Below, one piece after another: positions 29,517 through 42,545 of a DNA stretch of 64,000 bases; the stretch's first letter is position 1, and each line of letters starts with the position of its first letter. Location of the stretch: contig OZ024742.1 of NCBI GenBank assembly GCA_964016885.1, forward strand, positions 324,880,001-324,944,000. Reading direction: 5' to 3'. The translations under genes were made by a program, and so were the position numbers. The stretch is from Eledone cirrhosa (lineage: Eukaryota). The notes under the pieces were generated by a model that was given only the letters and a program-made list of their open reading frames with translations, made no database searches and was not told the origin of the DNA.

Positions 29517-32515
29517 GCTATTGTTTCCTCCCGTTGGATTGTATTTTCTACGCCATCTTTATTTAGTCTGTTTATATATTTATTTATCTGTTATTTTTTG
29601 TCTTCTTTGCGCATGCGTTTGCGTGTGTGTATAGTGTTTTGTTTGATGTGTGTTGGTGATTGGGTGACTGTGTATTGGTTAATGTATTCTATCTTTACTA
29701 GTGTGTGTTTATATGTGTTTGTTGTTATTGTGCTTGTGTATGTATTTATTTATTTATCTATTTATGTATTTATTTATACTTCTCTTAGGTCAGTGTTGTT
29801 TGTTTAGGTGTTGTTATTCCATTCATTTTTTTTACTTAGCCTCGGCCTTCTAAGTTCTATTTCACTGGCCTCTCTGATTTGCCTATCTGCTGGGTCATTT
29901 CGATGTTTAGATATTATTCTAATTTCTATGTTGTCTATGTTACCGTCGTGTTGTTGTCTGGCATGTTCGTATAGTACTGAACCGTTTTTTTGTCCTTTTA
30001 GTTCCCCCCGTGTTGGTCTATCCTTTCACCTATGCTACGAGCTGTCTCGCCTATGTATGTTGTTGTCATGTTTCTGTAAGTACCCTCTGTACATCTGATG
30101 CTATAGACTACGTTTCTAGTTTTACAGTTTATCCGGGGGTTTACCTTACATATGATACATTTCCTATTAGTACCGTGGGTTTTCTTAAAAGGGTAGGTTT
30201 TGCTGATCAGGGATTTTATGGTGGGTCCTGGCTTTTCTACCACCTTAATCTTTAAGTGGGTCTTTCTCAGGGCCTTTCTACACTGGTTAGCTAATTTCCC
30301 TCCAGGGGTAGCACCCACAAACATGACACTCTGGTATCTCTGGTTGTCGTACCATGAGGTGGCTTTCCCTATCTTATGTCTAGCCCGATCTAAGCTATTC
30401 CATGATTTGCTCCTGTATAATGGGCAAATTCCTTTCATGTCCAGTTCTACGAGGGTCTTATACTTCTCCGTGGCTCCTTCGTATACTCTGATTCTGTCTC
30501 TTTGGTTGTAGCCAGAGAACTGCATGCGGTTGATGAAGTGTTGGATGTGCCTTTCCATTTCTGTTGGGTCGCACATGCGGGACACCTTCTTCATAACTCG
30601 TACCAAGTCTGCGATCAGAATATTAAACTTAGCACTAGTGGACATTGCTGAGTTTTTGAGTATCAGGTATTTGGAGGCCATGGGTTTAGCATAGTGCGAG
30701 TGTAGAATTTGGGCTCTCTCGTCTATAGTGTTAATCCAGAGTTCCGTGTGTAATACAGGTAGTCTATTGTTAGGGTGTTTGGAAGGGTAGTCGATCGTGA
30801 CGGTTACACTCTGGTGTATGGAATCAGCTATCTGCTGGATGCTTTCCATTGTGCTACGTTCTAAATCAAACTTGTTAGTGCTCTCTAGTGGGGATGTTCT
30901 ATAACTATATTGATATCGTCTGCGTAACGAGAGTACATGATGAGGTCTATGGAGCTCTCATTAAAGAGATCTTTAAGTCTCCTTTCCCATCATACCATAA
31001 AAAGGTTGGCAACGTCACCAGCTATGCTGACGCCAATAGCTGCTCCCTCATTTTGGGTGTAGATCTTCTCGTTGAACTTGAATATGTGGCCCTTTAGGAT
31101 AGTTTTGATACTAGCCCATATTGCATGTGCGACCATTTTTCTTACCTGATCATTGTTTTGGGGGGTCCGTATAGCTTTGGTCCACACAATCCACCTTCCC
31201 ATAGGAGTCCTTTTAGCCATTGAGGTTATGGTGGGGGGTCTACCTCTTATGGGTCTACTGGGGCAGACACCTCTAAGGTCATGGCTGTCTAGGTAGCCAG
31301 TGTCGTAGGTAAGTCTAAGTAGGAGGCCCAATTCGTCTCTGTCGACGTCGCAGAACTCCACCTCACTCTCAATGATCATCTCCACACATTTTTCCACAGC
31401 AAAATCAATGTTAATGGATGGGTACAGTGATACCACATCTATGCTGCCTATTATGCAGTTGGATAGGTTCCTGTTTTTGTTGCACTCACTGATTCTGCTG
31501 AGGAGGTCCTCTGCACTGTCACATCTGGGGACATCTTGATTATGGGGTATATAACCATTGAGAGGAAGTAGGAGACCCTGTAGTTGCTAACTATATTTGC
31601 TCCTCATACGGGTCTTGTTGGTGGTCATTTTGTCGAGTCGTCGAGTGTCTTGTGGTCTTTGCGGAGCCCATACAAGGGTGGTATGCCATTGTTAGACGCC
31701 TGGAAGTTGTTGGCAGTGCGTCTGCTTGGCTTCAGGATGTCGGTCCACATCATCATGTGAGCGTTGATGATTTTCTCTCTCCCATCATGTATTTGCTGAG
31801 CAATTTCGCTCGTGTTGATGATGTGGGGTTGCATAGCCTTGATGTAGTTCGGCATGCTGTCTATTGGCATTCTACCAGACTTATCCGTCGGTAGATATAC
31901 TATCTCACCATCCCTTGTGCGCTGCTTGAGGCTAACCAAGCCTTCTACAGGTTTCCTCCCAAGTTGTTGGGCCTCTGGTCTGCTCTGTCCCTTAGTATAC
32001 CGGTCTACTATTTGTCTAATCTTATTTCTAGCTATGGTGAACTGTGCCTCTGTCTCGTCATCTATTTGTTGTGGTATGCAAACTCTTTTATTAAAGGGTA
32101 ACCTCGTAGGGTAGATATTACCCATATTATGTTTTGTCAGCTGGGTTGAAGAATAGTTTCTCTAAGGGGTTGTCATTATATCTATCGTCATAGTTGTGTG
32201 TTGCTATTATTGTTATCATGGTGGTTGTTGTTGTTCCTATCATTAGCATTATTATTATTGTTATGATTGCTAGATGTATTGTTGTTTACTTCACCGTTAT
32301 TGTTGTGGTTACTGTTATTTCTCCCATTGTGGTTGTTACTTTTATTATGTTTTTTGTTTCTGTTGTGTCTATCATTAATGTTGCTACATGTATTATTTCT
32401 ATTATTACCACTGTCGTTGTTGTTGTTGTTATTCGTATTGTTACCGTTATTACTACTGTGGTCGCTGCTGCTGTGTCTGTAGTTAATGTTTCTATTATTA
32501 TTATTATTGTGGTTG

Positions 32516-32699
32516 GTGAATTGGCAGTATCGGTGGAGAGTTGGACGCCATGCTTTCCAGCATAGTTACGTCCCTTTACGATCTGAGTTCAAATCCCGCC
32601 GAGGTTGACTTTGCCTTTCATCCTTACGGGGTCGATAAAATAAAGTACCAGTAATACACTGGGTAAATGCTGGCCTTGTGCCTAAAGTAGAAACAATTC
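32516..32699 (+). mobile_element. SINE inserted in the PLE low-complexity region
   Basis: Full SINE; TSD TTATTGTGGTTG at 32504-32515 and 32700-32711. Confidence 0.88.
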
Positions 32700-32926
32700 T
32701 TATTGTGGTTGTTGTTGTTGTTGTTCTGTCTATCGTTAATATTATTACCATTATTACTATTTCTCACTCTCCTGCTATTGTTATTGTTATAACTATTACA
32801 ATTATAGTTGTTATTTCTATACTCAGAGTTACTGTTTATATTACTACTACCGTTATTATTATTGTTGTTGTCCGTATAGTTGTTGTTGTTGTTTACTTTT
32901 GCATTCCAACGTACTTTTATATATAT

Positions 32927-32958
<32 letters not shown>

Positions 32959-33020
32959 TGCAATCATACCCACAATCTTTTTGTCTGGGTATACATACAT
33001 AAATACATACATACATACAT

Positions 33021-33064
<44 letters not shown>

Positions 33065-33788
33065 TATATTACATAGATTCATACACATATTTTTTTAAAA
33101 TTCTATAATCAGTTTCGTGAAAATAAATGTAATAACATTGAACAACATAAAATGGAATTATTTTAAGTAGTAATACCAAAAGTATATAAAAATGTCAGAA
33201 CTTACTTATTTCATTCATATATTTAATATAATATTTATCTACCTACTTTATATTTTTTTCTGCTATGTTGACGTGTAATCAATCTTTAGAGACAAAGCTT
33301 TAGCAGAAGATTAATTCCAACAGTATTGTTTACTGATATGTTTTTGCTCACGTTCCATTATTATTTAACCCTTTATTTTTTTATATGAGGAATAGCAGAA
33401 ACTCTTCAAACTTTTATTCTGTGCAAAGTAATAATATCGTACTTATGTTTTTTCTGAAAGCATATCTAATGCACGTTATTACGAAAAAGAATTATGTTAA
33501 AATGTATATATATATTTTTGTATGTATGTATGTATGTATGTATGTATGTATGTATGTATGTATTCCTTTATCAGCCGCAGCGCCGTTCGGAGGCTTAGGT
33601 CGATTTTTTATATCTTTAAAATTCCGATCCGCTTTCGAGAAAGCGGCCGCCTCGTTCGCTCGCCCCGTTACTTTGTCTTTTCTCTTTTGCTCTCTTTGCG
33701 GAGGAGGAGGGAGCGGGTCGCTGGGCGGACGAGGATCGCGAGCCGTCCGCTGCTGCAGGCATATCAGGTCATCAGTTGGTGCTACTGC

Positions 33789-33844
33789 TAACATGTATCC
33801 CAGTACAACCTGTCTCATGGTCGGGTCGTTGGCCACTAAACTGG
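33789..33844 (+). ncRNA. Possible decayed HDV-like ribozyme at the 5' end of the RTE derivative
   Basis: P1 (TA)ACATG/CATGGTC, P2 CCAGT/ACTGG, L3 ACC with downstream GG, P4 GTCG-TTGG-CGAC (perfect in the 38939-38972 copy), J4/2 CTAA. P3 and L3 are damaged. Confidence 0.4.
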
Positions 33845-35182
33845 CAACCCCACCAAGGTTTCTTGGTGAGGAGGGTGACTTTGGACATCCTGCAGGACTA
33901 AAAACAAAACATGTCAAAGGGCAAAGGAGCTCTTAAGAGTCAATGGCCATCCAAAATCCCGGGAGAGATGACCCCTTAGCCTTTGTCAAGGCAGAATTCT
34001 AGGAGAAGGAAAACTCTAATATAACACCTGCAACCCTGATGGTATCCAATGATGTTGACTTGTTATTCTTTTTGGTAAATATCATCTTGGTCAAGAGAGT
34101 GGGACTGGCTTTGTGCAGTGCCTTTGCTCACTATAAAAGCTTCACGGCACAGGAATTGCTTTATATCTGGAGATCTCTCTGCACTTGTCGTTACATGGTA
34201 CCATGAGCCCAGCATTATGTGTCAATAATTGTCACAAGTGTAGTGTTTGTACCAGAGTTTTCAAGTCGCTGGCTGGACAAAAAAGTCACAATCGTTCAGC
34301 GCATCGGTAGGGGTTCTCCTACATGGATATAATGTAGTGGCCGTACTCGAAAACGAGTTGGCAGCCACCATGTATATATATATGTGTGTATGTATGTATG
34401 TATATATATATCCGGGAGAGATAACCCCTTAGCCTTTGTCAAGGCAGAATTCTAGGAGAAGGAAAACTCTGATATAACACCTGCAACCCTGATGGTATCC
34501 AATGATGTTGACTTGTCCTTCTTTTTGGTAAATATCATCTTGGTTAAGAGAGTGGGACTGGCTTTGTGCAGTGCCTTTGCTCACTATAAAAGCTTCACGG
34601 CACAGGCATTGCTTTATATCTGGAGATCTCTCTGCACTTGTCGTTACATGGTGCCATGGGCCCAGCACTATGTGTCAATAATTGTCACAGGTGTAGTGTT
34701 TCTACCAGAGTTTTCAAGTCGCTGGCTGGACTAAAAAGTCACACTTGTTTAGCGCATCGGTAGGGGTTCTCCTACATGGATATAAAGTAGTGGCCGTACT
34801 CGAAAACGAGTTGGCAGCCACCATGTATGTATGTATGTATGTATGTATGTATGTATGTATGTATGTATGTATGTATGTATGCTTGTAAATATCATCTTGG
34901 TTAAGAGAGTGGGACTGGCTTTGTGCAGTGCCTTTGCTCACTATAAAAGCTTCACGGCACAGGCATTGCTTTATATCTGGACATCTCTCTGCACTTGTCA
35001 TCACATGGTACCATGGGCCCAGCACTATGTGTCAATAATTGTCACAAGTGTAGTGTTTGTACCAGAGTTTTCAAGTCGCTGGCTGTACTAAAAACTCACA
35101 CATGTTCAGCGCATCGGTAGGGGTTCTCCTACGTGGATATAAAGTAGTGGCCGTACTCGAAAACGAGTTGGCAGCCATCATG
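33789..35182 (+). mobile_element. Head-to-tail array of three bipartite non-autonomous RTE derivatives (about 33789-34372, 34412-34824, 34885-35182)
   Basis: An RTE-like 5'UTR motif (AGGCAGAATTCTAGGAGAAGGAAAACTCT) is fused to the zinc-finger-encoding 3' end. Units end in GCAGCCA(C/T)C followed by (ATGT)n-type tails. Confidence 0.8.
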
Positions 35183-35262
35183 TATGTATGTATGCATGTA
35201 TGTATATATGTACGAAAGTATATATAATTTTATATATACATACATATATAAGTATATATATT

Positions 35263-35435
35263 GGAAAAAGTATGACCCCGACGGCAAAGCTCAAGCCGTT
35301 TCTGAAATAGCCGTCGAAACGGCTGAGCTCTGCCGTCTGCCGTCGGGGTCATACTTTTTCCCATTACCCACTCTAATACCCTAAGAATTGAGTACTCTGG
35401 TGCGTTATGGTCCATCTGGTTCCTTACCACAATTC
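35263..35435. mobile_element. Fold-back PLE-type remnant containing the 3' half of a hammerhead
   Basis: GGAAAAAGTATGACCCCGACGGCA..AGCCGTTTC pairs with GAAACGGCT..TGCCGTCGGGGTCATACTTTTTCC. Related pieces lie at about 6215-6265, 61608-61672 and 61880-61960. Confidence 0.6.
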
Positions 35436-35444
35436 CTTCGTTAA

Positions 35445-35500
<56 letters not shown>

Positions 35501-37012
35501 CGATCAAACGATTGTTAAAAGAGTTCCATGTATTTTATTATGCGCATTTCACAAACAAATATCATTATGCGATGAAATTTGCGTTTTCGTCAGATAAAAT
35601 AGGGAGTCATGATATGAAGGTTAAATAACACTTGTGAATAGTGCAGTTTTAAATCAACATATGAAAAATAGTTTTAGATTGATGTGTGAAATTTTGAAAA
35701 AAAATTGAGGGGGGTGGGGTGAAAAAGAGGAAGAGATGAGAGTAAAGAATGGAGGGGAGGAGTATAATAAGGAAGGATGAGATAGGAGGAGAGATGGGTG
35801 ATAGAGAGAGAGAGATAGCTTTTATAACTGAGAAAAATATATTGTTTTACAGATAGAGGTTAAAAAACCGTTGGAAGATAATATATAAATTAAAAGAATT
35901 TGAAAATTAACGAAGAGAAAAATTTAAGAATAATGTTAAATTAAGGTTTGTATATTGAAGGGTTTAATAATATGTGCGATGCAAAGAAATTGTTAATATG
36001 TATTAAGAATGATATTAAGTTAAGGTTTGAATATTGAAGGGTTTAATAATATGTGCGATGGAAAGAAATTGTTGATATGTATTATTAAAAAAATATAAAA
36101 ATAGTAATGTAATTAAGGATATATTGTGAAAAGAAGTAGAAGAGTGGATGAATATGTGTAATATGTAGAAGTTAGATGAACATGAAAGGGAGAAAAAAAT
36201 AATGAATTGATGATGAATAATCTAACGTAAAAAAAAATGTTTATGTTTACGAAGGATCTTTCAAGGTGATATTATAAAGTATTTAAAAGGGTAATAGTAA
36301 ATTTTATGGTCAGTGATAGGATGGAAGAAGGAAGAGTGGACATATTGTGGTGAGTAATAATGAGAATTGAGAAGTATCTAGGAAGAAAAGGTACAGATTA
36401 GAGGTTAGAAATTAAAAGAAAAAAGGAAAAAAAGAAAGAAAGGGAAGTGATAAATAGGAGTGATATAGAATGAGTAACTAGTATTATATAATATATAATA
36501 AATAACATTGAAATAAGGTAGAAAGATGGGTATATTTTTAAAGAAATATATATGTATATATATATGTGCCTTTGAGAAAAAGGATTTTAAATTGGTAAAG
36601 TATTAGATATTAGCTGTATACTCACCCTCTCTCTGACTTTCGTCCCACACTGTACGAAATTCTTTACTCGCTCACATTCGCACGACCAAGATGTGTCTTT
36701 GTCTTCTCTTCAATATTCGCACGTTCTTATGTTCAAAATGAATTATTGACTTGATTTTCTCATATTTCCTCTCTTTACGTTGCCTCACCATTCGAGTTTG
36801 TTTACCTGTCTCTCTTTCTCCACCAAACTCTTTTTATCCCAATAACTTAATTTAGTTATTGCATTGCTCTAGCCGGATGTATATAGTCTGTAATGCGAAG
36901 AAATACCTATGATGGCTAGTAGACCACCGATGACGGATAGTCCTGGCTTCTATTTCTAATGCTTCATTTTTATATATATCATAAATGCAACAACACAGCT
37001 CGCCATTTTTCA

Positions 37013-37087
<75 letters not shown>

Positions 37088-37088
<1 letters not shown>

Positions 37089-37340
37089 AGTAGTAACACA
37101 ACAGTTAGTAGCTCACCATACCTAGAACAATTGTTTCACCTTAGCGGATCTTCAGCTCGGACTGGTCATTGTTATATGTATAACCATGACCAGTCCGAGC
37201 TGAAGATCCGCTAAGATAAAACAAGTGTTTTGGGTATGGTGAACTAACTGTTGTGTTACTACTACTACTACTACCAAACTCGTCAAATGGACTGAGTGCT
37301 CTACCACTACGGATATTACCTTCTAGTGTTCTACTTCTCT
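37088..37340. mobile_element. Hairpin of two family-A-like PLE 3' ends, each arm with an HHR
   Basis: Palindrome centred near 37178. The minus arm reads CCGAG-CTGAAGA-TCCGCTAAGGT-GAAA-CAATTG-TT-CTAGG. Confidence 0.8.
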
Positions 37341-37357
37341 CTCTCTCTATATATATA

Positions 37358-37793
37358 TATTGTTATATTTTGGGAGGGTCATGTTGCCAATAATAACACA
37401 CGCATCTGTTGTATTTCACTTCAATTTATTATATATGTCCGGTTGGTTCAATGACCTGATGGTTGTTTATATATTGTCAAAACTGTTTCGTCACACATTC
37501 TGTGACCTCCTCAGTGACTGAGCTTTTATTTGGTGTCACTTCTTTGTTCTGTCCTATACAATCTACAACCGGAAATTTAAAATAAATTGAAGTGAAAACT
37601 AACAGGTGCATGTGTTTTTATTGGCAGCATGATCCTCCCAAAGTATAACAATATATATTTCAATTTCAACACGTTTCAAATATATATATATATATATATA
37701 TATATACTTCGGTTTTTAATGGTTTGCAAGATTTCTTATCTGAAACGTGTTGAAATTGAAATATAACAAAGTGACACCAAATAAAAGCCCAGT

Positions 37794-37797
<4 letters not shown>
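37358..37797. mobile_element. Tail-to-tail PLE remnants (family C terminus) with HHR
   Basis: A minus-strand 3' end at 37358-37560 is followed by an inverted terminus at about 37580-37655, plus small fold-back pieces up to 37797. Confidence 0.75.
37476..37518 (-). ncRNA. Minimal type-I hammerhead (extra nucleotide after A9)
   Basis: GTCA-CTGAGGA-G-GTCACA gaatg TGTGAC-GAAA-CAGT-TT-TGAC; stems I and II are perfect. Confidence 0.7.
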
Positions 37798-37852
<55 letters not shown>

Positions 37853-37912
37853 CAAGGTTTAGCAAATAGAGAACAAGTTTTAAAATAAATTTAAAAAGGT
37901 TACTGTACTTTT

Positions 37913-37996
37913 ACCCTTACCGCGCGGTTTCAAGTCTCAAAATAAATGGATAATCCATGCGGAACACTATTGAGAAGGAGACTTTCATCAGAGGGT
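37913..37996 (-). ncRNA. Type-I hammerhead with canonical core, long loop II and 8-nt palindromic stem III
   Basis: ACCCT-CTGATGA-AAGTCTC...GAGACTT-GAAA-CCGCGCGG-TA-AGGGT. Confidence 0.85.
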
Positions 37997-38208
37997 TCTT
38001 CTCAATCGGAGAATATAAAATTCCCGAGTTCAAATCACGAACTGGCACCATACAGAACTGTTCCCGGAAGAGAGTGTATGATCAAGAAACAATCTTGTCT
38101 AGTGCCGTGTGTAAAGATAGAAGGCAAGGGCGGAAAGGTCAATGTCCTGCCACTAGAAATAGCAGCAATTGAAACGACCAAAATGTTATCTCGACCTTAA
38201 GAGAGATT

Positions 38209-38320
38209 AATAATTGTTTCTACTTTTGGCACAAGGCCAGCAATTACCCAGTAGATTACTGGTACTTTATTTTATCGACCCCGTAAGGATGAAAGGCAAA
38301 GTTAACCTCGGCGGGATTTG
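38209..38320 (-). mobile_element. 5'-truncated SINE
   Basis: 3' half of the common SINE; GAGAGATTAATAAT is repeated on both flanks. Confidence 0.8.
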
Positions 38321-38375
38321 AGAGATTTGAGAGACAAGAGAGATTAATAATAATAATAAAGTATGTTACATACTT

Positions 38376-38413
<38 letters not shown>

Positions 38414-38417
<4 letters not shown>

Positions 38418-38972
38418 TGGCTGCCAACTCGTTTTCGAGTACGGCCACTACTTTATATCCATGTAGGAGAACCCCTACTGATGCGCTGAACGAGTGACTT
38501 TTTAGTCCAGCCAGCGACTTGAAAACTCTGGTACAAAGACTACACTTGTGACAATTATTGACACATAGTGTTGGGCCCATGGTACCATGTGACGACAAGT
38601 GCAGAGAGATCTCCAGATATAAAGCAATGCCTGTGCCGTGAAGCTTTTATAGTGAGCAAAGGCACTGCACAAAGCCAGTCCCACTCTCTTAACCAAGATG
38701 ATATTTACCAAAAAGAAGAACAAGTCAACATCATTGGATACCATCAGGGTTGCAGGTGTTATATCAGAGTTTTCCTTCTCCTAGAATTCTGCCTTGACAA
38801 AGGCTAAGGGGTCATCTCTCCCGGTGATTTTGGATGGCCATTGACTCTTAAGAGCTCCTTTGCCCTTTGACAGGTTTTGTTTTTAGTCCTGCAGGATGTC
38901 CAAAGTCACCCTCCTCACCAAGAAACCTTGGTGGGGTTGCCAGTTTAGTCGCCAACGACCCGACCATGAGAC
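38414..38972 (-). mobile_element. Bipartite RTE derivative, near full length, in (TA)n
   Basis: Reverse complement of about 33811-34372. Confidence 0.85.
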
Positions 38973-39002
38973 ATATATATATACACACACACATATATAT
39001 AT

Positions 39003-39071
<69 letters not shown>

Positions 39072-39588
39072 ATGTATATGCATATGTGTATGCAGGTTAT
39101 CCGATGATATATGGCAAAGGAAAACATGAAAAATGCTCAATCTGGGACAAGAGACCATATTTAGATGTTTACTTAACTTGTATGTGTGACATTAACATTC
39201 GAGGTCCAGTTTTGGTTGACACAGTGTAGGGAAGTAACACTAACACCGGCCTCTCTCATCAACCACTAAGACGCGCAAAGACAATTGAAAAAAAAACAAA
39301 ACATTACTTTCTTACTAGTGTTCTTACTTCATGAACAGTCCCAATCAAAAACAAGGGAGTTAACTACCAATTCAGAAAATTATAATGTTACACATCTGTA
39401 TTAAAGAAAATATGGCAGTTAAGTATGTATATATGTGTATGTATAATATCTGTGTAATTTACTATTGTAAGTTTTTGATAGAAATTAAATGAAACCGTTA
39501 CAATGCGGATAAAATACACATATCGTAAACAGTTGACTTGCATTGCTAAGGGAAGTAAATTCCATTAAGAAATTTGAAAAAAGGGACG

Positions 39589-39680
<92 letters not shown>

Positions 39681-41017
39681 CATATATATGAAGGTCATGT
39701 AGTTAGGTATGAATGTGTGAAGCCTCGTGATTAACTTAATTTTGTAAATTTTAAATCTCTTGTTAAAAGCTTTTTATAAAAAAACTATCCAAATACCAAA
39801 ATATACGAGGATCTTCGTGATGTGGTGTATGTACTATGCTTGTGTACGGGGGCATTTGTTATATGTCTATTTTATGTGTGTATGGATGACTGAAAGTACG
39901 GTTATGGAAGATTTATCAGATCGGATGAGGGGACATTTTGAGGTATGGGTTTCCAGTTTGAGAGAAGGTGGTCCTTAAGGTGCAAGAATCTTCTGAAAAC
40001 CTTAGTCTTAGAGTTTAGATATGATTTGGTGAGAAGAAATCTTATAAAATCCTATTTTTCTCTGAGATTGAGCGGGCATCTCTTTTATGTGGCGGGGATT
40101 TTTCGAGCTATCTCCATGCTATTTTTGCTGTACACCGTTCTTTATCAACTGTCAGACATTTTTGCCAGGGCTCTGCTGATCTTCTTATTGAGATGCCTGA
40201 AGGAGAAGACATGCAAGTAGAAGCTTTGTTTAAACGAGTCCTGCACCATGCCAACATACTTCCACTGGTTTATAATTGGTTGTAGTTGCTATATTTAATA
40301 TGTCGCGCATAGATTGTTATAATTGACAGTCATCCTTTATCCAACGGGAGCAATCTGGATTTACCTTTGGTTTGTTCTTTGCAGTCATTTTGGATTTCAT
40401 AGATTGAGGGCAAGAATAATATATCCTCACCGAGCGGCGATTGAAGATCTTATTATACCTATGTTGTGGGGAAAGTGCTCATCAATTAGATACAAATATT
40501 TATTACCTACATCTGTCTTTACATTAAGTGAGTAGAGGGAGGAGGAGGCGAACCCGATTAGATTCACTTTTCATTTAAATTTTTAGGTTTAGATTGATAA
40601 TAAGTTACTTATCTAAGGAGCTGTGAGTTATTGATACCAAGATAATATTTCTCGTAACATTGAACCATGCGAAATAATTCTATTTTGAGTAGTAACCCTT
40701 CTAATTGAGTTATTGTTGCGTTGTTTTTATTAATGTTAAAGGTGCGTTGTGATATGTAAATTACTCTTTTCAGTTGTCAAAATGTTATTTCTTTCAGATA
40801 ACAAATACCATGAGTCTGTCTTCTTAAGCCAGTTTTTGTTTCCTTAATTGTTTGCATTTTGTGATATGTTCATTCACAGGTTTCTTTAGGCTGTTCCGGC
40901 TACTGCAAATATGGAAGCCATATTCATGTAAACACACATACACACACACACGCACACAAACACAAGCACACCCCACACACACTTATAGATACACACACAA
41001 ACATACACACACATATA

Positions 41018-41061
<44 letters not shown>

Positions 41062-41244
41062 CATACTTTTCTGTAAATAGAACAGCTTTTGTTTGCTTTA
41101 GGTTTTGAGGTGAATACCCTTGCATTACAGAATCCACTGATTGCATAATACTCAAATGAAAACAATGCCATCCATTAAAATTTGACAAGTTTTTCCCAGC
41201 TAATTGAAGATAATTTGGCATGCTACAATGTACAACGACAACTA

Positions 41245-41385
41245 ACATTAATGATGATGAGGATAAAAATCATGATGATGATGATGGTGTTGATGAGGAT
41301 GATGATAAGGATGAGGATAATGATAATGATGATGATGATGATGGTGGTGATGATGATAAGTATGATAATGATGATGATGACTATT
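41245..41385. repeat. (GAT)n-rich low-complexity repeat
   Basis: Directly visible. Confidence 0.9.
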
Positions 41386-41959
41386 ACAATGTCAATAAGT
41401 CTTTGTACTCATTATATTTTTCCTCTCGACGGAAATCTTTAGTAAAAAGCGAATGATTTATCTGCTCAGGGTGAGAAAAAATCATAATATATTCAAAGAG
41501 GGCATCAGATGAAGGAGTCATTACAAAGACAATTTATGTGAAGGCGGAAGTTTACATAGGGAAGATGAAATGTAGGTAACAAATATACGTAGTATACAAT
41601 TAAATATGCACAGAAAACCACTAAAAAAGGCATTGAGTCCTCCAAGCTACAGAGAGCATAATACCTGAGGCTAAATGAGGACCACGAATCACCTTGACAA
41701 CACAGGCCAAGTGTCCTCTCACAACTATCTTTGCTGGACCTGCTGAAAGTTGAGTCATTCACGCTTTTCATTTTTCACAATTTACTAGCGGAGAGCACTT
41801 ACCTCTCCACCATCACTTTCGTTCCAAGCAAAACCTGAAAAATTCGGTGAGAGCTTCACTGAAGAGAAAGGTGTCTTACTTCAGCTTTGTATATTATACA
41901 ACCTCTTTCACTATAAGCACCAACTGTAAGTATAGTGCACACACTTCAATAATAAAGGA

Positions 41960-42545
41960 GGATGGTGGGACGAGAGCGAGAAAAGGTTTTCAACATACCT
42001 AGCAATTCACAAGTGCCCTCTCCCAGGTGATGTCCTTTAAAGCAGGCCCATTTTCTCATGCCATACTCGCCTCACTCATCAACCTTTCAACAAATTGCTT
42101 TGAAGGCAACACATCCCTATCCACGCTGGTCTTCACCTTTCAAACGCGTCCACCATACAATCTCTTTCGCCATGGCCGTCAGATAGACAAAAACAGCCTT
42201 CCCTTCCTGACTAAAGAAGGTTGCAAGATGACCTTGACGATGAACTCAGTTGATAGTCGGATCCCTCCTACATGTGATAGTAGGTGTTAGATACAAATCC
42301 AGAAATCAGCGATTTTCGGACATTGGACGAGTGCGTGCATTTCGGATTCGTCATCCTGAGTGCATCTCGGACACGCCCGGCTAACGGCATTTACATGCCT
42401 GTAGAGTTTGCCTCGGGCCAGCAACTCTCACTGACAGCACTGCCATAACAGGGGATTCTGGAAGTCATCCATGAGCCCTGGACTGAAAAGCATCTGCAAA
42501 AGAATGGCTAGTTGATTTTCAGTGATCTTTAGACGCTCCCCAACG
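41960..42545 (-). pseudogene. L1/Tx1-like LINE C-terminal fragment (zf-RVT)
   Basis: Minus strand LLARGKLYRH..SRACPRCTQDDESEMHALVQCPKIADFW, then AKEIVWWTRLK; CCHC zinc knuckle with stops. Confidence 0.7.

Noticed and set aside
32194-33088. Hydrophobic V/I-rich and N-rich ORFs resembling membrane proteins
   Set aside because: They derive from the (GTT/ATT)n low-complexity PLE region and a SINE.
35640-36540. Purine-rich block with a tandem duplication of about 70 bp
   Set aside because: Probably an old retroelement remnant, but no motif could be read.
41182-41456. Poly-D and poly-M ORFs
   Set aside because: They come from a (GAT)n simple repeat with no supporting exon context.
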